The translations under genes were made by a program, and so were the position numbers. The notes under the pieces are model-generated. The model did no database searches. It saw only the letters and a list, made by a program, of their open reading frames with translations, and was not told where the DNA came from. From contig CDRNST010000049.1 in NCBI GenBank assembly GCA_977016875.1, forward strand, positions 868,001-932,000: 64,000 nt of DNA. The letters run 5' to 3'. The DNA comes from Pavona decussata. Taxonomy: Eukaryota. Shown here one piece after another: positions 26,141-38,575 of this stretch (position 1 is the stretch's first letter; every line of letters begins with the position of its first letter).

Positions 26141-27867
26141 TTTAAGATAATTAAAATTATCTTAAACTAATATCTTTGGGAAGCTATAACCTTCGGTGAT
26201 GGTCGAAAATCGTTAGGCTTGGTATGCATTCCCGAGGGAAACGGGCCGGAAACGGGAAACGAGCTCTAGAGGACGAAAGAGCGTTGTTGAAGTTGGGGCT
26301 GATCACAGATTACATCAAAGTCAACACGTTACACTATAATAAGAGGTACCTCCACACATATTCACAATCGCTGGCGTACTTGCAACTAGCGTCTATACCA
26401 AATGGATTCTTTGTGGGGATATACAATCGAAGAGCTTCCTGGCTGCCTGCTAAGTGGTTTTGTACGGCTTTACATATTAGCTCCTTACACCACACACGAC
26501 AAAGATTACGTGAAGGCCCCGCGTATAAACTTGGACTTGATTGCGCGCGACAACTGCGCTCTTTCCTGCGCTCCGCCGCCACGAAGACAAGAATGTTTTG
26601 TCAGGAACTAAGTTAAACTCAACAATGTCGACCAACATGTCGACCGTTACCATCGATCGGGGCCCCCTATAAGACACAAAATTCCCTTAATTTTCCTTGG
26701 AATAATGATCCAAATAACAAGGCGAGTGAAATACACGAGCGCCTTCTGCCTCCTCGCAGGAGACAATTTTCACGCGCGCGTGTGTCTCGCTTGCTTTACT
26801 AACAAAAGTAATGGTTACTAGTCTTGAAGTCTAGAAATTCATAATCGACATGACTGCGCGCAACAACTGCACTCTTACCTGCGCCACGAAAACAAGTATG
26901 TCTTGCCAGGAACTAAGTTAAACTCGGCAATGCTGATAGGCTACGAGAAGACGTCCCTTAATTTTCTCGGGATAACAAGGCAAGCAAAATAGGCGAGAGC
27001 GCGAAAACTGACTGCCTTTTACCTCCTCGTGGAAGACAATTTTCACGCGCGCGAGTTTCGCTTTCTATATTATCCCTAACAGAAGTAGTCGACTACTCGT
27101 AGACTAGAAATGCATACTCGGTGTTTCTAAATAGGAGACATTTCTTTCAACCCAAACTTTAAATTATTTCTTCACTCCCTTGAATCTGCTGGTGTTAAGA
27201 CTCCGCAAATCGTGATTTTTAGATTTTGTTAACAAATGTTACATCTCATCCTAGTTAATTAAAGGCAATGGTTATGAAACCTGGCAAAATTTTTTGTTTG
27301 CCTTTTTGGCCTTAACCCTGCATAAACAACAATGTTCAAAACAAAACTTTAATAAATATTAAAATAACTAACCGAAATGAATAACAGAAACTGAAACAGT
27401 AATAAATAGTTGAAAGTTCAGTTGCTTTCAAAAAAATTGTTCATTTTAGCAGTAATAAACGGTATACATGTACGGTACGGTGAATGTTCATGAGTTTATC
27501 TATTCGACGTCGATGACTTCAGTGTCACTTGCGTCAATTATCAAGCTATCTGGTGCTGCATCCTCAACGTCGGATTCTGTGATCCCGTCGATAGGATCTT
27601 TGAACTCTGAAGGCGCTGTAATAATATTAGAATAGGGGCGCTTTTTAACAAAAACACATTCGAAGGGGGGCGCTTATTTGGAAGGGGGCGCTTATTGGAA
27701 GGAGGGCGCTAATTCGAATCATTACGGTACATATAAATGTCTCCTGACGAGGTGGAGAGTGGAAATGCTACAAGTCGTTGGATATGCATTTTGCATTAGT
27801 TACACATTTTTCATCGTCATCTTTCAGGATAACAACATGCATGAATTTACTGGAATTTAACGAATAA

Positions 27868-27994
27868 GTATAGGTAATCACATGATTCCGAGTGCAATTT
27901 GGAATAAATAAGCGCGAGTAAAATTTTAAAAGGCTAACAAAATTGCACGAGCCCGCAGGGCGAGTGCAATTTGTGGTCTTTTAAAATTTTACAA

Positions 27995-28030
<36 letters not shown>

Positions 28031-29862
28031 GTGATTACTTGTTAATAACATACATACAAAAATTTCAAATGACTTTTTTGTTTATTTCTTGTCCGTCAGC
28101 TCATGCTCCGCCTACATGTCTTTGATGGTTTCAAAAATGACAAGCTTGATTGACATACATGTTCGTACGTACGGAAAACATGCTAAAAATACCGTCACTC
28201 TAAAAAGAGCAAGTTTTCAAATCACAAAGCATAATTTTAAGTAAATGTTAAAAGAAGTCTGAAGTCAATCACCGTCCTCGGCATGTTTTCGAACTGACTG
28301 AATTTCAGGAGCCGGGGCTTTGCAGACAGTCCAGACTGGCGTGTTTTAAGTGGCCGAACACAGTTTGCGTGCGCTTTACAGATTCTGTTAGTGATGCTAT
28401 TAAGCGCGCGCTAGGGTTGTGGTACGTAAATACGGCGGTCGATAAAGTGATCCCTCAATTTCACATGAAATGGATAATAAAGGTAAGTTTTGATCCTAAA
28501 TAACTAAGTTTCTTGTTTCTGGACTCTTTTTCTTTTCTTTCTGAGCAAAAAAGTCATTCACCGAGACCTTTTGCATGCTTTTCAACTTTGCCATGAAACC
28601 CAATTAAAGCCACGCATGCGCATTTGACCAAAAAATTGCGATTGGTTGTTTTCCTGGTAATGAACTGTTTTCTAAGGAACCGCTCATTAGAATTTCGTAC
28701 AATTTGGCATGTAAATAGTTCCCTAAAAGCGTAACTCGCCTACAAAGAGAAACCTAAATCTAACAGAGGGTATCTTCACAAAACGTTAAAATGCAAAATC
28801 AATATTTACAGGAGATCTCTCTGTTAAAATTACATGAAAATAGTGCAACTGTGTCAGTGTTTTGTGAGTTTATCTGGATACAAAAAATGGAAAAAATCTA
28901 ATGAGTTCATTTTCTAAAAATAAAGGAAACCTACAATATATGGACGTTTAATAGTTCGCTGCGTTGCCATGGAAACGGTACTTAGCTCGACAAGACGTAC
29001 AAAAATCCATTCTTTTTTAGTTAGTCTTACACCATACCAATTTTGGGCGCCCAGAAGTACATAGTTTCCAAATAACGTCTTCTAACACCTGTACAATAAA
29101 AAAAACTGTATTCGGCCACCTTAATCTGGTTCTCAATGAATTCAACGTTTGTTTTCGTCCAAGCCGACATGGAAATCTTCAACATGATGCTCTACGCCAA
29201 CATATTGAGTCAGGAGCTACCAAACCGTTTGTACCAGGACTTGTGCTTCAAAGGGTTTTGCTTTGTTTGTCAGACTTCCAAGACTTGTTCGGCCGCTTGA
29301 CTTGATCAAGACTTGCTCGGCCGCTAACCTTGTTGTCGCAGTAGTCGAGCGTCAAAAACTTGCTTCGAACCTTTTTACTCTCAGTTTATAATTGTGGAGT
29401 ATTTGTAACCTTACCTTCTTAGGTAACGTTCAATTGCAGTGTGAAGACTGCCATGCTCGTATAGTCTTTCCCGTCTTCTTTACGCACTGTTGCGTAGAAA
29501 TCCTCGAGAATTTTGTTGACTGCCTCCGGTTCATAGTTTTCAATATTTTGGTCGTAGCCATTTTGTGCTGTCCAAGACCTCCAAACCTTTAGCCAGTGTG
29601 TTTGTGCTTTGTTGAATTTCTTACCATTTTCCTTTAAACTTCGAATTAAAATGCTGTTACTCTCTTCAAATCTGTTCGCCATTTTGTTTCGAGATAGCCG
29701 ATTTGCAAATTTGCATACCTGTCAATCATTTTAATTTCACCTTTGTTGCACTAATTTCAATTTTCTGCACTCAATTTCACACTTCTGCACTACATTTAGG
29801 ATAAATTGAGCCGCTCTCCACCAATCAGATTGCAGAAATTTTTGTATGTATATTATTATAGC
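27868..29862 (-). mobile_element. Crypton-like (DUF3504/ZMYM-type tyrosine recombinase) defective element
   Basis: ORF 29419-29682 WLKVWRSW...ILEDFYATVRKEDGKDY. Terminal hairpin at ~27875-28037. Inverted catacaaaaatttc / gaaatttttgtatg. 8-bp direct repeat acgaataa. Absent from paralogs (~19835, ~38815). Confidence 0.7.
28350..29120. mobile_element. TTAA-specific MITE (Kolobok-like) nested in the Crypton-like element
   Basis: TTAA|gtggccgaacacagttt ... aaactgtattcggccacc|TTAA. Confidence 0.75.
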
Positions 29863-32213
29863 ACGAATAATAGTACACTCTGGCGTAATGTGATGATGTA
29901 TCTTGTATCTTCGTCGTTTGGAAATCGCAGCAATTCCACTACTTACAACGGCTCTCCCTGATTCAGGTACACATTAGAGCAAACAAGGTAGTGTGTAGTT
30001 TAATTTTTCTGAACAAAAATTGGTTGACCGTTTAATTTATATTCACTGTTGTATGGGGTTTGCATTGAGGAGCACGTGGCGAAAGGAAATGGACGATTTT
30101 TTTGCCACATATAATTTATTGAAGGTAAACACTTATTTCCATAGCTCAAACTGCCCTTCCATTTTCAAATTCACGATTCAAATTCTTCTCTCTCACGGTT
30201 TAACTCGTCCTCCATCAGAAATGTACCGTGCAAGCAGTCACTATCTGAGAAGGTTGGAGAAGCCATTCATTGTTCAGTGCGGGTCCCAGTTCAAAAAAGT
30301 ACAAAATCTTCCTACACGTGGCAAAGAGTTCTCAACTTTTGTTTACTTTCAAACTCAATACGAGTGTGCGCGATACGATAATTATTTTAAAATGGTGCCA
30401 AAAAGATAACCAATGATTTATTTGGTATTTTTGCTAATGTGTTCAAGAAAGCCTTACCGATGAGCCGTTAATTTTGGCCAACGATCGATCTTCCTCAACT
30501 GAGTACATGAGCCGAGTTTAACGTCCGAACTTGAGTCAGACCACCCTGCTAGCCGAGGCTTTCTTGTCTTTCTCCATCTTTGAGGAGTCAAGAAAGGCTC
30601 TGCTCGCAGGGTAGTTCCAGGACCGCAGATATTTTATTAGCCTTCAACGGGCTTAGTCGAGTGATTTTAGACGTTTTCATCCTGAGCTGGCGAAACCAAA
30701 CCCAGTAACAGGTAAGTTTTCCTTAATTTCCATGGGAAAAATTAATCCGCCTTGGAACTTAGTAGATTCCAAAAAGTTTCCTGGTCAATTTTACTCTTTT
30801 CTGGTCTAAAATTTAATTTCTTCGGTGTATTTTGCCGCCGAAGGAAAACTTCTCAAGCCCATATCATTCCCTATTAAAAGATCTTTGTGTCCCGTTCTTC
30901 TTTTCTGTCCCTTTTCAATCTGATTGTCACCTGCAATCAAATAGACATTTTGTGCTCGACAAAAACGAGAACTGTGGGGAGACTAATGAACAAACATCTG
31001 TAAATTGCGAATGCGTTGAGCATCTGGTCCTCAGATTCACAATTCTGAAACATTTCGTTCCTTGGAAAACGCAGGAAATGTCATTTACGAGCACACAAAG
31101 TTACTGGTAAAGTATGCCCACGTACCCTCCTAGAAGATAGTGCTTTTTGCGCTCGTATTCATCGTGCGTACATTGCGAAAACTCCCCCCTCCTCCCTCTC
31201 ACTCACGGTCTGTAGCTGCCTGGAAAATTAAGTGACGCTGAAGACTACTGCTTCCAATCATCTCACAACCCGACCCACAAGAGAACAAGAGAACAGTCTT
31301 TTGTATCTCTTACCAATATATTTCAGAATAGATTTAGATGACACAGTTCTGATTTTAAACAGAATTTTATTTTTTGTCGCAATCAACTAGTTTTACAGTG
31401 TTTATATATTGTTAAAGACTATATTGTTAGTGCCATTGTATAGCACTTTGAGTTACAGTTAACCAAAACACATCATGATTTTTCGAGTACATGAATGCTT
31501 AAGATTGGTAGTTTAAATATATTTAATTAGGTAAATATTCTATGAAACCGGACATATTGTTCATGGCAAGGATACACTTTGAGCGGCGAACCAGCCAAGA
31601 CGCTAAGAACATGATATAACAAAATAATAGCAAGAAATACCATGCTTATCGATATCACGGCGTTTCTTACAAGAAAATATAAAACATGCAAAAATGGGCA
31701 ATGAAGTACTTTAGTTCAATTTCCTTAATCTTCAACTTTCAAGCCCAGAATTCAGTTCAAAGCAGATTGTCCCTTATCCAGGTAAAAAAAAAAAGAAAGA
31801 AATCGAACTTTTTGGTTCCTTTAGTGATATAAAGCGCTTCAAATTACTTATAAACATTATTTCATTTGTTTTGTACTAGTCAAGAGAAAATAATCGATTG
31901 CAGAATTCTTCGTTGAAAAGAATTTTCATTTAAACTAAACTGAAACGAGACTAATCCTACTCGGATTATATTTTTGAGTTCTGCCTTATCTTATTTCAAC
32001 AAACTGACTTCTATCAACTATACAAAAGTTACAACTATTTTTTTCTTTCTTGATTTTTTAAAAAGGTTTCGATTCAAAAGGAAAAACGTACAACGGTAAA
32101 AAATTTAACAAGTCCCTGACTCTTTAAAATATAATGCACATGTTGAAATCAAGCTTAAAATCAAAGTAACACGATTTTATCGTTCTTTTCCATATTTGTG
32201 AAGAGGGCAATTT

Positions 32214-34451
32214 TTACTCAAATACTTGAATTCGATGATTACCGTTATCAGACACAACAATTTGGTTATTACTTAGAACTGCTACAGACCACGGACAACT
32301 AAATTCTCCCAAGTTTCTCCCCTGTATTCCAAACTTGCCAACAAACGTGCCATTCAGTTCAAAGACTTGTATTCTGTGATTAGCCCGATCACACACCATC
32401 AGTAGTCCTGACTTAGTCACTGACAAAAACTGTGGGGCAGAAAACTCTCCATCCCCTCTCCCCTGCTTACCAAACTCATACTTATACTCTCCCTCCCTAC
32501 TGAAGACTTTTATTTTGTGATCATCCTTGTCTGACACTATGAGATATTCATCATACTGAACACAATGGGCAGGACAACTTAAAGAGCCAGGCCCACCTAT
32601 CTTCATTAGAAAATTGCCGTCAGGGGTAAAGATCTTAATCAGTTTGTTACCTGAATCGGCAACAATAATATTACCCTCAAAATCCAAGGATAAACCCCAA
32701 GGCTTGATGAGTTGACTATCAAGGCTTCCTTTCCCACCAAACATATTCATGTACCCACCCTCCCCATTGAAAATCTGCACTCTATGGTTACTATAGTCTG
32801 CTACAAAAATCTTCCCATCCTTATCAAAGGCTATTCCATAAGGACATATAAATCCCCCCTGATTGCGACCTCTGCAACCAAAAGATCTTATAAAATTGCC
32901 ACCACTGTTGAAGATTTGAACTTTGTCGTTGGACGTAATCGCTATTTCATCCCTGCTACTCACTGCCACCCCACGAGGATTCTGAAACATTCCAATATCC
33001 GAACCTTCTTTTCCAAAAGTTAAAACAGGTTTGACAAGAAATGGTTTTACTAGCACAGTGAATGGACTATCACAAACATGTTTCTCGTTTACCTTAATTG
33101 ACAAATAACATCTTCCTGGAACTGTGGGAGAATAACAAATGGTGTAGCTTCCATCTTTGTTATCATCTATTTGCACTTTTGTCACGCATTCTCGCCCACG
33201 CTCGTCTCTCAACTCTATCGTTACATTGTCACGCTTTTTATAACACTGTCTTTTGTTAGCGTTTCTTGTGGTCAAATTAATTTGAGATTCCCGCCCAACA
33301 GTTCCTTCTATGATTCCTTTGCCTTCAGCAAGACAATCGCTTCCTTTTGCTTGATGCAGGTTTTCCAAACAACCAATTTCTTCGCTGTTGACAATGTCCA
33401 GCATCTTGTGATTTTCCACGAAAGCTAAAGCTGGAAGACCTTCAGAGTCACGGGAAATCTGCTTGGTTTGTTTGACTTCTTCAAGAATTGTTCCCAATGA
33501 CTTTCTCAGATGAATGACTTCAGCGTTTGTACTTCGTGTCAATAAATTTTCCACTTTTTCCAGCGATAATTGGATCTTCTTTATTTCTTCTTCAATCTCA
33601 GTCTTTTTCTTTGTTAGGTTTTCAAGCGACATCCTTGTTTCGTTTTCCACCTGAGAGATAATATTCTGCTTCTTTGCTTCAATTGTTTTCATCAAGTTAT
33701 CAACAAACGTTTCGACATCTCTTATAAGGTTTTCGCTTTGTTGAACCAATTTAGCATAGTCTTCATCAAGCTGAGAAACTAGATTCATCTTTTCCTGCAA
33801 GTTTTGTCTTTGCTCCTCTATGAGAGCTTTCATCTCGATCTTTTGGACCTCGGCTTCTTCTTCGATTAATTTCAAAGTATGGCCATTGTGATCCAACATG
33901 ACGCAGCTTGCGCAAACTGCTGTATCGCATTTTTTGCAGACGTACTCAAGCTCTTTTTTCTGGTGTCCCTGTACTGGACAAAACACGGGTCGCTTCAATA
34001 CATCCTCATAGTCCTTGTCTTGGAATTCTTTCACCGCAAGAATACGGTGATCTTTGTTGTTTCGCATCATGTTGTGTCCAATTAGGCACTGTTCACAGTA
34101 AAATATGCAACACTGAAAGCAGTACGAAGCTTCGGAGCTTTTCTTGTCGCAGTTTCCACACGTTACTTGGGTTGTGTTGCATTCTTTTATGGCCAGCACA
34201 TCGATCAAGCCGTTCAGATAAAAGCTGGTCGGTAGATCCCTCAGATCGCCGCTTGCAGGCACTCTGCTAAGGGTTTGGCACTTCGGACATCTGAACGTAT
34301 TTTGACCGCCACTCGTCTGATGCCAGTGTTTCAAACAATGCAGACAGAAACTGTGTAAACAGGGAAGCTGTCTGGGATCCTTAAATAAGTCCGAACACAC
34401 CGGACAAGACACTTCTTCGCGGAGATTGTAAAACAATGTTCGGATATCCAT
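32214..34451 (-). CDS. TRIM-NHL E3 ubiquitin ligase copy 3 (TRIM71/TRIM2/3-type architecture), intact, intronless, 745 aa
   Basis: Single ORF from MDIRTLF: RING CPVC..CLHSFCLHC..CPKC, B-box1, B-box2, coiled coil, filamin (DNKDGSY), six NHL repeats ending NHRIQVFE. Confidence 0.95.
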   Translation of the reverse strand: MDIRTLFYNLREEVSCPVCSDLFKDPRQLPCLHSFCLHCLKHWHQTSGGQNTFRCPKCQTLSRVPASGDLRDLPTSFYLNGLIDVLAIKECNTTQVTCGNCDKKSSEASYCFQCCIFYCEQCLIGHNMMRNNKDHRILAVKEFQDKDYEDVLKRPVFCPVQGHQKKELEYVCKKCDTAVCASCVMLDHNGHTLKLIEEEAEVQKIEMKALIEEQRQNLQEKMNLVSQLDEDYAKLVQQSENLIRDVETFVDNLMKTIEAKKQNIISQVENETRMSLENLTKKKTEIEEEIKKIQLSLEKVENLLTRSTNAEVIHLRKSLGTILEEVKQTKQISRDSEGLPALAFVENHKMLDIVNSEEIGCLENLHQAKGSDCLAEGKGIIEGTVGRESQINLTTRNANKRQCYKKRDNVTIELRDERGRECVTKVQIDDNKDGSYTICYSPTVPGRCYLSIKVNEKHVCDSPFTVLVKPFLVKPVLTFGKEGSDIGMFQNPRGVAVSSRDEIAITSNDKVQIFNSGGNFIRSFGCRGRNQGGFICPYGIAFDKDGKIFVADYSNHRVQIFNGEGGYMNMFGGKGSLDSQLIKPWGLSLDFEGNIIVADSGNKLIKIFTPDGNFLMKIGGPGSLSCPAHCVQYDEYLIVSDKDDHKIKVFSREGEYKYEFGKQGRGDGEFSAPQFLSVTKSGLLMVCDRANHRIQVFELNGTFVGKFGIQGRNLGEFSCPWSVAVLSNNQIVVSDNGNHRIQVFE

Positions 34452-34549
34452 GTTGTTTTCGCACACAAACGAGGAGTGACCTTGTGGCAGTCTACACAAT
34501 GGAGTCTTGTGACTTTCTATCTTTAGCTTTTCTAGGGATCTTAAGCGTA

Positions 34550-34990
34550 TGAACCAATCACAGAACGCTTTTGTAAGAGGTTGTTGACTGTCTCGTTCTG
34601 GTTTCTGATTCCAATGAATGTACTCCTGGTGTGTTAAAATTTTGGTGATGACACTAAGACGAGTAGATCAGTCAAAACAGACAAGCGACTATAATACAAC
34701 AAGGTCAATTAAGTCAACATTATTTTATGTAAATCCTTTTTTACGAAGATTATTATCAGTAACGCATCGGTTCTAATGGAACAGATGCGGCGGAGCATTG
34801 TTTGAAAAACTTTAACTCTATTCAGTCTTAGAAGTTCTCGGCACTCTATGTCGCCACGCAATTTAAAGTCGTGAGATTTTTCAAGCTTAGCTTGTCTAGG
34901 AATCCTTTTTAGCTAGGTGCGTGAGCCAATTACATTACGATGCTAACTGTTTCGTTCTGGTTTCTGATTCCCGACGGAAATGTTCTCCTG
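34550..34990 (-). promoter_or_regulatory. Duplicated conserved upstream module (CCAAT + gtttcgttctggtttctgattcc...ggaa), proximal and distal copies
   Basis: CCAAT at 34554 and ~34926, followed by the same motif. Homologs at ~13449, 25746, ~43758 and ~44360. Function is inferred from position and conservation only. Confidence 0.45.
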
Positions 34991-35647
34991 TTGAGCGCAG
35001 TTGATGGCTTGATAAGTGTTGGCAACTTAGTACAGACAAAACTGAAATAAAAGGAGTTTAAGAAAACAAACTTAAAAGTGTAAAGCCACTTATTGGGTCA
35101 GCAACGGTGAAACACTAATTTTAAGCTAACCTTCGGTGATGGTCTAAAGTCGTTAGGCTTGGCATTAGTTCCCGCGGAAAACGGGCCGGAAATGGGAAAC
35201 GAGCTCTAGAGGACGTAAGAGCGTTGTTGGAGTTGGGGCTGATCACAGATTAGGTCAAAGTCAACATGTTACACCATAATAAGAGGCCCCTCCACACAAT
35301 CGCCGGCGTACTTGCCCGTAGCGTTGATACCAAATGGATTATTTGTGGGGATCTACAATCGAAGAGCTACCTGGCTGCCTGCTAAGTGTTTTTAAACAGC
35401 GTTACATATTCAGCCTCCTTACGCCACACACGACAAAGATTACACGAAGGCCCCGCGTATAAACTTGGACTTGACCACGCGCAACAAATACACTCTTTCC
35501 TGCACTCCGCCGCCACGAAGACAAGACTGTCTTGTCAGGAACTAAGTTAAACTCAGCAATGCTGATAGATTACGGGTAGTCCCTTAATGTTCCTAGGAAT
35601 AATGATCCAGATAACAAGGCGAGTTAAATACGCGAGCGCCCGCTTAA

Positions 35648-36259
35648 GACGAACATTTTAGGTAGGGGGGTAGGGGGGTAGGGGGGAGCAGAGACGGGGG
35701 AGCATTTTGCTCAAATTATTTTTAATTTTTTTCATTGTTATATTAACATGTTAAAAGGCGCGTTTTAACTTGTATCTACTTCAGATGGATATATCTGCCA
35801 CTGTAAATTCGATTTAAATGTTAAGAAAGGTATGTTCTTGTCCCCCTTTAAGGTGGGGCTCTACCTGAATTTGAGTGAAATTTGAAGAGTTTTAAGAATG
35901 GATAGAAGAAAGAAAATGATTTTTGGAACACTAACAGACAGTCGACAACCACGCAAGAGCACCCCAGGTTGCTAGTGGACTAACTTGGTATCCGTCTATT
36001 AATTATTAACTACAAATTCTAATTTTAAAACTTCACTAAATCTTCAACATTCCTTATTTCTTTTAATTTTACCAATCCTTCAAGAAAAATTATTTCCTTC
36101 CAAATATACCTAAAAATCACCCAAAAATTCATAAAACACCCCAAATCATTAATTTGTGCTATGAATGGAGGGTTTTTGTATTGCTTGAAATGCAAACAAG
36201 ATATTTTCATTTGACCGATTTTAAGCGGCGTGAAAATGGCTTTTAGGTGAACCCCCACC
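35648..36259. mobile_element. Two adjacent TTAA-bounded MITEs (35648-35847, 35852-36259), Kolobok-like
   Basis: TTAA|ggtggggctctacct ... aggtgaacccccacc|TTAA. Empty site gcttaaactgcc at ~18961 and ~36897. Confidence 0.7.
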
Positions 36260-37649
36260 TTAAACTGCCTTCTGCCTCCCCCGCAGGAGACAATTTTCAC
36301 GCGCGCGCGTGTTTCGCTTGCTTTACTAACAAAAGTAATGATAATCTCGTACCCAGATCTCCCACGGTCGACATTCCCGAACCGACTGAGATCAGGGTAC
36401 GAGATTAAAGTAATGGTTACTTGAAGTCTAGAAATTCATAATCGACGTGACTGCACGGAACAACTGCACTCTTTCCTGCGTCACGAAGACAAGAATTTCT
36501 TTTCAGGGACTAAGTTAAACTCGACAATGCTGATAGACTACGAGAAGTCCCTTAGTTTTCTCGGGATAACAAGGCAAGCAAAATACACGAGAGAGCGAAA
36601 ATTGCCTTTTACCTCCTCGTGGAAGACAATTTTCACTCGTGTCTTTCGCTTTCTTTATTATCCTTAACAAAAGAATTCGACTACTCGTAGTTTAGAAATA
36701 AATACTCGGTGTTTCTTCGGAAGAGACATTTCTTTCAACCCAAACTTTAAAATCTTTAAAATATTTCCTCAATTCCTTTACTCTGCTGCCAGGAACTAAG
36801 TTAAACTCAACAATGCTGATAGATTACGAGAAGTTCCTTAATTTTCCAAGGAATAATGATATGAAAAACAAGGGGAGCGAAACACGCGAGCCCCCGCTTA
36901 AACTGCCTTCTGCCTCCTCGAAGGAGACAATTTTCACGCGCTTGTGTTTCGCTTGCTTTACTAACAAAATTAACGCATTACTCGAAGTCTAGAAATTCAT
37001 AATCGACTAGACCGCGCAAAAACTGCACTCTTTCCTGCGACACGAACACAAGAATGTCTTTTCAGGAACTAAGTTAAACTCGATAATGCTGAAAACTACG
37101 AGAAGTCCCTTAGTTTTCTCGGGATAACAAGGCGAGCAAAATACGCGAGAGCGCGAAAACTGCCTTTTACCTCCTCGTAGAAGAGAATTTTCACGCGCGC
37201 GCGTCTTTCGTTTTCTTTATTATCTTTAACAAAGGAAGTCGACTACTCGTAGTCTAGAAATACATACTCGGTGTTTCTAAGGAAGAGATATTCTTTCAAC
37301 CCAAACTTTGAAATATTTCTTTACTTCCTTGGCTCTGCTGGTGTTAAGACTCCGCAAAACATGATTATTAAGATTTTGTTAACAAATGTTACATCTCATG
37401 ATAGTTAATTAAAAGCAATGGTTATGAAACCTGAGAAACTTCTTTGTTACATGTCTTTTTTTTTTTGTTTTTTTTGTTTTTTTGTTTTTTCTTTTTTTGG
37501 CCTTGACCCTGCATAAGCAACAATTGAATTTGGAACGTTTTGGAGCAACTGACCAATCGAAATGTTTTTGTTAAGATATTCAACTATGGTGTGAACGTTA
37601 AAACAAAGGATTGTGCAGGGTCGCAGCCCTTCCAACATAAATTGCAGTA

Positions 37650-38575
37650 CAATTTTTTTTTATTTGCTTTACATAACACAATATTTACAATACTGAACAC
37701 TGCTTACACTGTTTACAATAAATACAATACTTACAATACTGACAATACTTATTGCTTACATTGTTAACAATACAGTATTTACACGTACAAATCTTACAAT
37801 ACTACGTCTACGACTACTTACATTGCCATCTAACAACTTTAAACACACTTCTTATGTAAGTTATGCTAGTTATTTTTAACTTCATACAATAATGTCCATT
37901 TTATTGAGGATGAGTCAAGCCCGACTACTATTAACTATGATTACAAACATTCCTAAGTTTCTTATGCTTTAAGTACATATTTGCATCGGAAGAAACTTGT
38001 TTGCAAGATAATTGGCGTTATTGAGGCAGGATAAACTAACGGATGAAGGACATAAAGAATATCACTGAGGGGCGTTGGGAATAACGGCGCTATAGAAACG
38101 ATAGTTTCTAGGTGATATCGTGTAGGAATGATCATTGTTTGGGTAGAAAATTGTTTGCTTCTGCTTGTACTTGTATGCTGTAAATTGTCTTTAGGTATTT
38201 GAGAAATCCTTGCAATAGAGGTATAGATTCTTTTGTTTTGCAGAGCCAGATATAGTGCCTGGCAATAAGAAAACAAAAATTGATCTGGTTTAGAAGAGTC
38301 TGATCTCAGGCCTAGTGAAACAGTCATGTCTGCAGAGTAGCTATCGGGAATAATTCGACAGAGTTTTAATCGCGTTATGATGCTCTCCCAGAAGAGTGCC
38401 GTTTTGGGGCAGGACCAGAAAAGGTGTATGAGTTTTTGTGGTTCTTTTTTACAAAAGGAGCAGTTGGGGTTTTCTTTTATTCTTATCTTAGTTAAGAAAG
38501 CATTTGTGGCATTCTTCTATGTAAAAGTTTAAACTGAAATTCCCTGAGTTTTGTGCTTTTTATGATTTTATGGGC
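37650..38575 (-). mobile_element. L1/Tx1-clade LINE 3' fragment
   Basis: Degenerate KSTKLREFQFKLLHRR...CSFCKKEPQKLIHLFWSCP (zf-RVT), followed by a 3' UTR and A-rich tail. Confidence 0.8.

Noticed and set aside
25933-26145. ORF across the N run
   Set aside because: Assembly-gap artefact.
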